Origin: a virus | IMG/VR virus record: IMGVR_UViG_3300046804_004438 | Coordinates: 46,387-110,386 of that record | Direction: 5' to 3' (one strand) | DNA: 64,000 bases | Shown here: positions 55,071-63,396 of the stretch, piece after piece | Position numbering within the stretch: the stretch's first letter is position 1 | Layout: each line of letters opens with the position of its first letter | The notes under the pieces: generated by a model | What the model was told of the DNA's origin: nothing | Seen by the model: only the letters and a program-made list of their open reading frames with translations | Databases searched by the model: none | Translations under genes and position numbers: made by a program

Positions 55071-57461
55071 ATGTCTTTTTTACGTAAAATAGCTCTTGCT
55101 GTAGTAGGATTAATGTCAAGTTTTACTATTGCAAAAGCTGATATTGCTGACGGGCAATTCAGCACAAATCAAATATTTGATGTACAATATTACTGGTCAG
55201 GTACAACACTAAACGCATCTAGTTTTATTGCACCATACGATATGAACTTCACACACCCTACTGTAAGTTCAGGTCAATACTTTCAATTTTTTAACAGCAC
55301 TACAAATCCAGGAACATATGGTCTAGGATTATATAACAGTGACGGAACACTTGCACAGGTTGTACACAATACTGGTACACTACAGGCTATTGGTCCTGAT
55401 GCATTATTTTATATTGGATCTGGATTCTTTGGTACTGTTATTACAACATCTGCTGGTTATAGTTACGGTGATAATGCTAGTTTTACTAATATGGATACAT
55501 CAGTATCTGGAACTGATACATCTAGCTATACATGGGCAAGTACTACACCACTAGCAGCAGGTCAGACAGCTGGTTCTGGAGGTTCAGGGTCAGGATCTGG
55601 AGGTTCAAGTAACTATGTTAGTAATCCAACTAATATGAATTTTGCCACCAATGATCTTACAGGATGGACTTCTGGTGGTGGTACAGGAAATCAAACATCA
55701 ACTTATACAGGTACTGGTGTAGGTGTTGATGTAGTACAGGGTATGCAAAACTTCAATGCAGGTGGTTCACATAGTTGGACTATCACACCACCAACTGGCG
55801 ACTACATGGTAAGCATTCAACCAACAGGTCAACAACAAACTGGTACTAATGATTTTCAAACAATGGCAACTGCTCTAAATCTTAGTGCAACCAGTGTAAC
55901 TCAAATCCAGAATGCCATGACTGCATCTGGTAATGGTCTACCAACTAATGCTGCATGGTTGTATCAAGATTTAGTACTAGCAAATGGAACCACATTTAAC
56001 GTTGCATGGCAGTATGTTTCATCTGACTATGAACCATTTAATGATGGTAGCTTAACATCACTTGTCAATACAACAGGTACTGTGGTAGCAACTGTCAATG
56101 GAGAGAACAAGGAGTATGCTCTTCTTGGATTTACTAATGCAGGTACAGGTAACTATTCTGTTGGATCATATGGTGCAACAGGATGGCAGCTTGCAACTTA
56201 TCTTGTAAATGAAAACGGAACTTATAGATTAGGTTTTGGTTCATTTAATCTATCAGATACTGCACTAAGTCCTATTCTATTTGTAACTCAATATCAAGGT
56301 ACTACACTTGATCATGGTGTTGCATTTGGACCTATTGCTCCTAATGCTGGAAGTAGCGCACCTAATAACTCAGGTGGTGGTGGATCTGGTGGTGGAGGTT
56401 CTCCTACTATAGTAAGTACAGCACCTGGTGCTGATATTGTTACATCTTCATCTACGGTTGGTGCAACAGTAGATCAGGACACAGTAAATTATACAGCTGC
56501 AACTTCTGGTGATACTAAGACTATCACTCAGACTACAATAACTGCTCATACAACTCCTACAACTACTGTAACTGTCATAACACCAACTACTGTAGACACT
56601 TATAGTGATGGTTCAACTGTTACTACTAATGGCACTCCTGTAACAACAACTACAACAGTTAATACTATTACTTTTAACCAAGCAGAAGTAGTAAAGACTG
56701 CACACGTTGGTGGTGGTAAGGATGCATACAATAATACAATTGTAAAGCCATTCTTTGTAGATCCGTTTGGTATTTCTGATGGGTCATGGGCAGATGTTTC
56801 ATTATCTTCTGGTAATAATATTGGTAGCACAAATGTAAACTTTGGTTATCAAAAGACTGTAGATAATATCACTGCAGGTGTTGCAGGTTCAGCTGGTAAG
56901 GTTGCATCAAGTGGTCTTAACAATTCTTCTGTAACAGGTGAGACGTATGCTGGAACTGCATATGTGTTAAATAAATCTGATTTAGTAAACGTAAAAGGTT
57001 CTATTGGATTTGGTATTGGTAATTATGTTGTTGATAATTCGATTGCATCTTTTGGTCTTTCTAATAAAACTAAGTCACAACAGAAGACTGCATATGCTGA
57101 TATGGCATTCTATTCTGCAAAAGACTATGCAGGATGGACACCATTTGCTGGTGTGACCGTTCTTAATAGTGACATTGGTAATGTAGAAGAAACTGGAACT
57201 TCACTACTCTCTAGCGGTACTGTTGCATCAAACAAGACATACACAATGCCTTATGTTGGTGTAAAGAATGAAGTATCACCTGGTGTAGTGGTTGAAGTAA
57301 AGGCAACTCAGACAGAACCATATGGAACTGTGGTGTCAGGTAAGGTGACTGCAAAAAATAAAATTACAGATAACGTTTCTCTAAATCTTACAGTAGGTGC
57401 TGATAAAGGTCAGAACTATGATAGTTTAGCAGTAATGTTAGGTCTTGTAGTTAACTTCTAA
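55071..57461 (+). CDS. Autotransporter-like surface protein
   Basis: Signal peptide, beta-rich passenger domains, Gly/Ser linkers, Thr-rich stalk, C-terminal barrel-like region ending in Phe. Confidence 0.7.
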   Translation: MSFLRKIALAVVGLMSSFTIAKADIADGQFSTNQIFDVQYYWSGTTLNASSFIAPYDMNFTHPTVSSGQYFQFFNSTTNPGTYGLGLYNSDGTLAQVVHNTGTLQAIGPDALFYIGSGFFGTVITTSAGYSYGDNASFTNMDTSVSGTDTSSYTWASTTPLAAGQTAGSGGSGSGSGGSSNYVSNPTNMNFATNDLTGWTSGGGTGNQTSTYTGTGVGVDVVQGMQNFNAGGSHSWTITPPTGDYMVSIQPTGQQQTGTNDFQTMATALNLSATSVTQIQNAMTASGNGLPTNAAWLYQDLVLANGTTFNVAWQYVSSDYEPFNDGSLTSLVNTTGTVVATVNGENKEYALLGFTNAGTGNYSVGSYGATGWQLATYLVNENGTYRLGFGSFNLSDTALSPILFVTQYQGTTLDHGVAFGPIAPNAGSSAPNNSGGGGSGGGGSPTIVSTAPGADIVTSSSTVGATVDQDTVNYTAATSGDTKTITQTTITAHTTPTTTVTVITPTTVDTYSDGSTVTTNGTPVTTTTTVNTITFNQAEVVKTAHVGGGKDAYNNTIVKPFFVDPFGISDGSWADVSLSSGNNIGSTNVNFGYQKTVDNITAGVAGSAGKVASSGLNNSSVTGETYAGTAYVLNKSDLVNVKGSIGFGIGNYVVDNSIASFGLSNKTKSQQKTAYADMAFYSAKDYAGWTPFAGVTVLNSDIGNVEETGTSLLSSGTVASNKTYTMPYVGVKNEVSPGVVVEVKATQTEPYGTVVSGKVTAKNKITDNVSLNLTVGADKGQNYDSLAVMLGLVVNF

Positions 57462-57468
57462 TAGAAAC

Positions 57469-57499
57469 AAAAAGAGCGGGATTCAACTCCCGCTCTTTC
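57469..57499. terminator. Bidirectional intrinsic terminator
   Basis: AAAGAGCGGGA/TCCCGCTCTTT hairpin between convergent genes. Confidence 0.85.
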
Positions 57500-57505
57500 T
57501 ATATT

Positions 57506-57583
57506 TGGTGCCCCACCTCCGATTCGAACGGAGAACCTCTTGCTTCTAAGGCAAGCACCTCTAACCAGTTGGGCTAGTGGGGC
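57506..57583 (-). tRNA. tRNA-Leu(TAG), short variable loop
   Basis: Cloverleaf, loop CTTAGAA, CCA encoded. Confidence 0.9.
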
Positions 57584-57589
57584 TTATTG

Positions 57590-57928
57590 TCAGGCACTCT
57601 TACGTGCTTTAATATATTCTTTCAAAGAACGTGTACGCTTGCGATTGTTTTCTTGCCAACACACTAGATGTACGTTGCCAGGAATATATCCACGATTATT
57701 GTTGATCCGATCAATAGAACAATTAGTAGGAACACGAAGACTGATACTACCAGGCTTCTTAATGGTCATCTTCTTACCAGAAATGGCACACAAACCCTTT
57801 TGCTTAAGCCACAATTTTGTAGCATATTCCTTATCAATACGAATCTCTTTTGGTGATTCACGACTAGCAGCTACGCTAAGACGATGAGATAGGAACTTCT
57901 TGACTTCGTTGATATCTACTTGTTTCAT
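57590..57928 (-). CDS. HNH-like endonuclease inserted between tRNAs
   Basis: Q.G.CAISG and SIDRINN..GY..GNV.LVC...N motifs. Confidence 0.75.
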   Translation of the reverse strand: MKQVDINEVKKFLSHRLSVAASRESPKEIRIDKEYATKLWLKQKGLCAISGKKMTIKKPGSISLRVPTNCSIDRINNNRGYIPGNVHLVCWQENNRKRTRSLKEYIKARKSA

Positions 57929-57971
57929 AATATACTCCAGTTGTTTACGATGTGTGTTACGATGTATAGTT

Positions 57972-58046
57972 TGGTGGACCGTCGGGGAATCGAACCCCGT
58001 CCTGAAGCGTGCAAGGCTACCGTGCTCCCGTTATCACTAACGGCCC
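57972..58046 (-). tRNA. tRNA-Ala(TGC)
   Basis: Cloverleaf with G3:U70, loop CTTGCAC. Confidence 0.93.
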
Positions 58047-58111
58047 ATTTATTATAATAGCAGATAACATTTAATATTGCTACTATTTTTTTACAACACG
58101 TGGTTGTAGAT

Positions 58112-58185
58112 TGGAGCGGGTAACCAGACTCGAACTGGTTTCTACAGCTTGGAAGGCTGGGGCACAACCCATATACCATACCCGC
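58112..58185 (-). tRNA. tRNA-Gly(TCC)
   Basis: Cloverleaf, loop CTTCCAA, TCCA end. Confidence 0.92.
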
Positions 58186-58193
58186 AAATCTCC

Positions 58194-58670
58194 TTACGCA
58201 GCCAGAATCTCTTTGAGACGATCAGCTGCGTAAGACGCTGCAAAAGCGTTTGGCTTAACAAGAGGTACGACATTACACATACCTCTGATATAGCCAGTTG
58301 CTTCTTGGATCACACATGAAGACCCATGATGTTCATCAGGGTTAATGTCAAGATGTACTTCTACATCTCTATCTTCAAGTATGTCGTGCAGCTTCGTATA
58401 AAGTTCTGCAATCTTGTAAACTTCTGTCATAAGACGCATACGAGGTCTATCTCTTTGTTGATCAAAGTCTCTTTCACGCTGGATTTCACCAAAGATCTTA
58501 CAACCTCTGTTACCATCTTTATGAACAACAACACAAAGAGTATAATCAGCAAACCACACACCATCTATCATAAAGCGCTCAGAGTCACCACCAATATAAA
58601 TCTTTGTCTGTGGTGATTGTGCATTGATATAGTTAGCTACTTCTTCTATATTCATTTCTTTACGTAGCAT
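58194..58670 (-). CDS. RNase H-like YkuK/DUF458 family protein
   Basis: IYIGGDS, RLM.EV, VHLDIN, KP.A.AAS.AAD motifs. Confidence 0.85.
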   Translation of the reverse strand: MLRKEMNIEEVANYINAQSPQTKIYIGGDSERFMIDGVWFADYTLCVVVHKDGNRGCKIFGEIQRERDFDQQRDRPRMRLMTEVYKIAELYTKLHDILEDRDVEVHLDINPDEHHGSSCVIQEATGYIRGMCNVVPLVKPNAFAASYAADRLKEILAA

Positions 58671-58685
58671 GATGTATACTCCTTG

Positions 58686-59327
58686 TTAATTATCTATAAA
58701 GAACCCCCATCTTTTTTGATCAGGAGCTTTTACCATTCTTAGTTTAGACATTCCGTTTTCATTATAATATTCATCTTCTTGTGGAATGTAAAACCCATCT
58801 TTCCAAATAGGTATAGCAATTGAATTGCCCCATACAAAATCTGGATTGTGTCTAAAATGTACTTCTATTGGTTTGCCATCAATATATTCTATATTAATGT
58901 ATTCATATTTTTTAATCAACGGTAAAAATAGATCTGGCATTGGAATAGTGTCATCTACTTTTTCCCATTTTGAAAATCTCCACAACTCTGTATTCATTAA
59001 CGAGTTGGATTCCCTAAAACCTTCGACTGCAAGGACTTGTTCTCCGTCCCTGTAGTCGACGCTGATGTGGCGGCCGGTAAACATCTCACACCAGAAAGTT
59101 CCTGGAGGAAGTTCGTCTGTTAAATGCTGTAGAGCATAGAACTGAGCTCCCTTACCCATTCCAGGAATATTAACACAAGGTCTTACAATATAAGTACCAA
59201 GCTTTGGCACATTCATACCTGCAGGACCACAAACATACCCTAGACGTCGTGACAAAATTAACTTGTCAAAAACCCATAGATCTTCGTCGTGTGCATTCTT
59301 CCAGGATATAGCTTCGATGTCTTCCAT
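58686..59327 (-). CDS. Conserved phage protein, possibly ATP-grasp-like
   Basis: LGY.CGPAG, YIVRPCVN..GMG, FWCE.F.GRH.SVD and IEVHFR.NPD motifs. Confidence 0.6.
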   Translation of the reverse strand: MEDIEAISWKNAHDEDLWVFDKLILSRRLGYVCGPAGMNVPKLGTYIVRPCVNIPGMGKGAQFYALQHLTDELPPGTFWCEMFTGRHISVDYRDGEQVLAVEGFRESNSLMNTELWRFSKWEKVDDTIPMPDLFLPLIKKYEYINIEYIDGKPIEVHFRHNPDFVWGNSIAIPIWKDGFYIPQEDEYYNENGMSKLRMVKAPDQKRWGFFIDN

Positions 59328-59328
59328 A

Positions 59329-59535
59329 TTATTCTGATCTAATAGTTAATGTGTTGTCTAATTTTGTTACTTGACCATTACACTCAATATAATTACCATT
59401 ATCATCTACAATAGTCCAACTTGGCACTCCAATTGTGACGTTTTGACCAAGTAACGTATCACCATTTACTTCTTGTACTGACCATTGTTCATCTGATGTA
59501 TTATTAGCTTGAAATTGAATTCTTAAAGTTGACAT
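59329..59535 (-). CDS. Hypothetical protein
   Basis: GGAGA RBS. Confidence 0.55.
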   Translation of the reverse strand: MSTLRIQFQANNTSDEQWSVQEVNGDTLLGQNVTIGVPSWTIVDDNGNYIECNGQVTKLDNTLTIRSE

Positions 59536-59553
59536 TTACTTCTCCAAAAATGG

Positions 59554-59628
59554 TGGAGCGGAGAATGGGATTCGAACCCACGACCGTCTGCTTGGCAAGC
59601 AGAAGCTCTACCCCTGAGCTACCTCCGC
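59554..59628 (-). tRNA. tRNA-Gly(GCC)
   Basis: Cloverleaf, loop TTGCCAA, TCCA end. Confidence 0.95.
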
Positions 59629-59657
59629 ATTATAAATATTTATTTGGAGACTATACA

Positions 59658-59954
59658 ATGAAAAAGTTATTAATTGCAGTCCCGTTTTTATTGGTATCGT
59701 TTAATTCCTTTGCTGCAGAACCACCTGGTCAGGTTGTAAGAAAGCCTGTGGTTTGTTTTGCATTGGATGAAGGTTTGAATTATCTAAAGTCTGAGTACGG
59801 TGAAACTATAAAAAGAAAACTAGGTAAGAATCAATATTTTGATACTGAGTTTACTTTATTAGAGAATGAAGAAAAAGGCACCTTTACTGTACTTGAACAC
59901 AAAGATAATATTGGTTGTATTATAGCCTCAGGTAAAGGTGATAAGAAAGTCTGA
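59658..59954 (+). CDS. Small secreted protein
   Basis: TATAAATA at 59631, GGAGA RBS, signal peptide and two Cys. Confidence 0.65.
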   Translation: MKKLLIAVPFLLVSFNSFAAEPPGQVVRKPVVCFALDEGLNYLKSEYGETIKRKLGKNQYFDTEFTLLENEEKGTFTVLEHKDNIGCIIASGKGDKKV

Positions 59955-59955
59955 T

Positions 59956-59984
59956 AAGAGGAGCCGTAGCTCCTCTTTTTTTTT
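59956..59984. terminator. Intrinsic terminator between convergent genes
   Basis: AAGAGGAGC/GCTCCTCTT hairpin plus T-run. Confidence 0.85.
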
Positions 59985-59985
59985 G

Positions 59986-61404
59986 TTAGTAATCGTAGCG
60001 ATCGCTCATGATTGTCTTCAACATGATTGCTTCTGGTGTGAATGATGACAAGTCAGCAGACAACACAGACTTAACAATCGCTGGTGAGAAACCAGATACA
60101 AGAGCAACACCACGTTCGTCAAACTTAGCAGGAACGTTGTCGTGTGCATTTAGATTCCAGAACACAATGTTTGGCATTGCATAACCAGCTTCTGCATACT
60201 TACGTGCAATCATTTCCATTGCAGAGTTATCATATCTGACACAAGCATCGAACTGCATGTCTGACAAGATCAGAAGGTTCTGTGGCATTTCTTCCTGAGG
60301 AACATTACCGTTAACTGCAACATCCAGGATCTTCTGAATTGCTAAATGAAGGTTAGTATTCATCTCCCAATCAGAAGACTTCATCTGATTAACCTTATCA
60401 ACAATGTTACCCTTGAGGTTAACAAGTTGTGGCTTTGCAGAGAAGGTCAAGAAAGTATCCTTGAACTTACCCTTGTTCTTGTCTGCAAGATACAGACCAA
60501 GAGATACTGCAACATCAAGATGAGACAGATCGCTGTTCTTGCTCACACGTGAGGTCATAGAACCTGACACGTCAACAAGAGGAAGGATAGAACCATCACC
60601 AACATAGTTAGGAAGTGCATCCCACTGTGCAATGATATGATTCTTGTTCTCTACTGAGTAACCACGATAGTCGTTAAGACCCTTGATAACATCATAAGGA
60701 TATACTGCACCAGCATTAACCTTGACAGTAGATGATACAGAAAGGTCCTTAGAAACAAGAGCAGTTACCCACTCCTTATACTTGTCAGTATGACGAGCAA
60801 ATGCCTTCTTGTAACGAGCTGATGCAACAGATGGTACGTGATTGAAATTGATGTTATCCCAATCCTTTGCACACATCTGAGTCTCAACAACCTGTGTTAA
60901 CTCAACCAGACGCTTACGGTAGTACTTTGGAGACCAACCACAATGTGCACGAAGCTTTGCAGCTACTTCACCCTGACGAGGCATCCACTTAGCACAGAGA
61001 CCATTACCGGCATCAAGTGCTTCGTGAATCATTTTAAATGCTTCATCCTGAAGGCTAGTACCAACAAGAGCTAATAAATCATCCCAACGACCAAGCTCAG
61101 GAACCTTTGTCATCAACGCACGAGCGCGAGATTCGTCAGTGTTAGCAAGATCAACGAGAATATCACGAAAGATCTTACGCTCACCCGCACCACCACGAAC
61201 ATCACGTGCCCAAAGTGCAACACGACCGGCAAGGTCAGCATCGACAATACGAGCAGCAGTCCATTCAGGGATTACGTTCTTACCACGCATCGCACCGATC
61301 TTGAAGAACAAGTCAGTAAGAGCATTACCAGTACCAGAACGAGCCTTCATACCATTCTCTGTACGAGCTTCCTGGTTAATCACAGCGTTAACAAAAGTAG
61401 ACAT
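59986..61404 (-). CDS. Ro60-like TROVE + vWA protein (DUF2828 type)
   Basis: RD.RGG.GER, GRWDDL and AKW.PR in the helical part; MIDAS DVSGSM, SDMQFD, FWNL and SGFSP in the vWA part. Confidence 0.85.
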   Translation of the reverse strand: MSTFVNAVINQEARTENGMKARSGTGNALTDLFFKIGAMRGKNVIPEWTAARIVDADLAGRVALWARDVRGGAGERKIFRDILVDLANTDESRARALMTKVPELGRWDDLLALVGTSLQDEAFKMIHEALDAGNGLCAKWMPRQGEVAAKLRAHCGWSPKYYRKRLVELTQVVETQMCAKDWDNINFNHVPSVASARYKKAFARHTDKYKEWVTALVSKDLSVSSTVKVNAGAVYPYDVIKGLNDYRGYSVENKNHIIAQWDALPNYVGDGSILPLVDVSGSMTSRVSKNSDLSHLDVAVSLGLYLADKNKGKFKDTFLTFSAKPQLVNLKGNIVDKVNQMKSSDWEMNTNLHLAIQKILDVAVNGNVPQEEMPQNLLILSDMQFDACVRYDNSAMEMIARKYAEAGYAMPNIVFWNLNAHDNVPAKFDERGVALVSGFSPAIVKSVLSADLSSFTPEAIMLKTIMSDRYDY

Positions 61405-61420
61405 TTCACTTCTCCATTAT

Positions 61421-61853
61421 TCTACAGATTGAACTTTTTTTGCTATTTCAAAAGCTTTAGGTTGCGGTAGTCAATCTAAATTCAACAGGATCATCTTTTG
61501 TGCTATTAGCAAGCATTTTTAATAGTTGCTGAACTGATCCTTAATTACTCATATTATTATATTACTGTATCTTTGATATTAAATCAACAGGATCCGCTTT
61601 CTGCTTTTTCCCAAAAAAAGTGCCTAAAAGGCGAGAGTTGCTGTTGGGATCCTTAAACTAAATTACTACAGGATAGTTGTTAGAGTTTTTTTAATTATCG
61701 TCTAGATCACGTAATTCTAACAACTAGACTATCTATGTTACAACCACATAACAGGTTGACGAATTATTAGTTCGCCGAGGAGAGTCGACAAGCGACTCGT
61801 TGGTGAGGCATGAAGCCCCTGGCTTTATTAAAGCGTATGCAGTAACTATCCTT
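61421..61853 (-). ncRNA. Array of four related stem-closed small-RNA units
   Basis: Each unit starts AG(G)ATnnnnnC(A/C/T)GCA and ends with the complementary ...AT(C)CTGT; stems differ between units but stay paired. Confidence 0.7.
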
Positions 61854-61858
61854 AAACT

Positions 61859-61935
61859 TGGTGGGTGATGAGAGACTCGAACTCCCGACATTCTGCGTGT
61901 AAAGCAGACGCTACTACCAACTGAGCTAATCACCC
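61859..61935 (-). tRNA. tRNA-Val(TAC)
   Basis: Cloverleaf, loop TTTACAC, CCA encoded. Confidence 0.95.
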
Positions 61936-62063
61936 TAAACTTGTATTACATACAGAGATCTTCATACTTAGTGGTAAACTGTCTATGTTTTGATTGTTCA
62001 CCATTAAACTGATCGTACCAGAATCTATATAAAATATCTACTAGTTTTTTCATTCCATTTCCT

Positions 62064-62348
62064 TTAAATTTTATACCAATCTTTAAGATTTTGTTTTGCT
62101 GTGAGTAAAGAAAAGTTAGGATGTTTTTCCCACCAAGATAATTTCTTTTGAGCTATTAGAATTTCTTTGTTAGCTTGGATCTTTTCTTTCATATTCGTTG
62201 TTGAGTTTGCAATATGTTTAAGGACAAAAAGATTGTATGAATGATTTGCCCAGTTCTTGTTTGCATTTAGTTTGTTATATGGAATAGCAAATTTAGGATT
62301 GAAACGCTCTAATTCATTATAAAGAATGTGTGACATTTTTAACTCCAA
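62064..62348 (-). CDS. Hypothetical protein
   Basis: Promoter-like TTGATT-17-TATTAT upstream. Confidence 0.55.
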   Translation of the reverse strand: MELKMSHILYNELERFNPKFAIPYNKLNANKNWANHSYNLFVLKHIANSTTNMKEKIQANKEILIAQKKLSWWEKHPNFSLLTAKQNLKDWYKI

Positions 62349-62472
62349 ATTTCCAGAATCTTTATAATACCATTTTTTATTAATAAAATCAACGGATCAT
62401 AACCCTTTGAAATAAAAGAGAATTTTGGCACCTATTATTTGTAATACACATCCTATTTAATAATAAGTCAAC

Positions 62473-62546
62473 TGGCTGGGGATCAAGGTTTCGAACCTCG
62501 AATTACTGAGTCAGAGTCAGTCGTGATACCGTTTCACCAATCCCCA
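62473..62546 (-). tRNA. tRNA-Gln(CTG)
   Basis: Cloverleaf, loop CTCTGAC, GCCA end. Confidence 0.93.
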
Positions 62547-62547
62547 A

Positions 62548-62623
62548 TGGTGCTTAGAGATGGAATCGAACCAACGACACCTGGTTCTTCAGACCAGTGC
62601 TCTACCAACTGAGCTATCTAAGC
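62548..62623 (-). tRNA. tRNA-Phe(GAA)
   Basis: Cloverleaf, loop CTGAAGA. Confidence 0.94.
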
Positions 62624-62627
62624 AAAA

Positions 62628-62703
62628 TGGCACCGGTGGTAGGAATCGAACCCACGCTTACAGAGTTTTGGAGACTCCAGCTCTACCCCTGAGCTACACC
62701 GAT
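62628..62703 (-). tRNA. tRNA-Trp(CCA)
   Basis: Cloverleaf, loop CTCCAAA, GCCA end. Confidence 0.92.
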
Positions 62704-63107
62704 AATCTATTATTATAATGTAACTTTCTATGACAATTGGAACATAGAACGATACATTTAGATATTTCCTTAAGTACTATTTCTCTAGATACTCTATTAG
62801 AAATTAATCCAGAAACTTCTAAATCCTTTTGATTGGGATCTTTGTGATGAAAATCTAAAACTGCTATATGACTTTCATCACATTGTTCGCACTTAAGTGA
62901 ACTCTTTATCTCATAGAACCAATCTAGATATATTTTTCTGTATTTTTTAGATGAATTTATATAATCTTGTTTGTTTTGTAAATAATGTTTTTTATTCTTT
63001 AATTTGTGACATTCTTTACAATACCTTTCAAGTCCATCTTTATTAGAAGATTTTTTATTAAACATTGTAATATCTTTTAATTGTTTACATTTACTACAAG
63101 TTTTCAT
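62694..63107 (-). CDS. Zinc-finger HNH homing endonuclease
   Basis: CSKC/CKEC, C..C, DFHH.DP and LCSNCHR motifs; TATAAATA at 63128. Confidence 0.85.
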   Translation of the reverse strand: MKTCSKCKQLKDITMFNKKSSNKDGLERYCKECHKLKNKKHYLQNKQDYINSSKKYRKIYLDWFYEIKSSLKCEQCDESHIAVLDFHHKDPNQKDLEVSGLISNRVSREIVLKEISKCIVLCSNCHRKLHYNNRLSV

Positions 63108-63153
63108 TGTATTCTCCTGTCTCCAAATATTTATAAAAATTAGAGACTAGAGA

Positions 63154-63396
63154 CTACACCACACTGATATTAATTTTTACACCTATATAAGTTCCAACAA
63201 AAGCACCAAGCCCTGCAGGAATTAATAACCACGGATCGATAACAAAGTTAATTGTTATAATTGCATTTATTACATATATCCCAGTAGCAAGCAATGATGC
63301 ATAGGCTGGTTTATTTTTGACAACTTGTTTTGTATAAACAGCATATAGTATATCAATCACTACCAATGCCAAAAAAACTTGTAACCACAATATCAT
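63154..63396 (-). CDS. Small multi-pass membrane protein
   Basis: Three TM helices; GAFVGTYIG motif. Confidence 0.6.
   Translation of the reverse strand: MILWLQVFLALVVIDILYAVYTKQVVKNKPAYASLLATGIYVINAIITINFVIDPWLLIPAGLGAFVGTYIGVKINISVV

Noticed and set aside
57540-58179. ORFs 57540..57887, 57668..57856 and 57925..58179
   Set aside because: Shadow frames over tRNA genes and the HNH gene.
61421-61853. CRISPR array interpretation of the repeated units
   Set aside because: The repeats are not identical, each unit's ends pair with each other, interior lengths vary widely, and no cas genes are adjacent. The Cas4-like gene at 5486 is the usual stand-alone phage exonuclease.
61733-61933. 66-aa ORF
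   Set aside because: Overlaps tRNA-Val and the structured RNA unit; no RBS.
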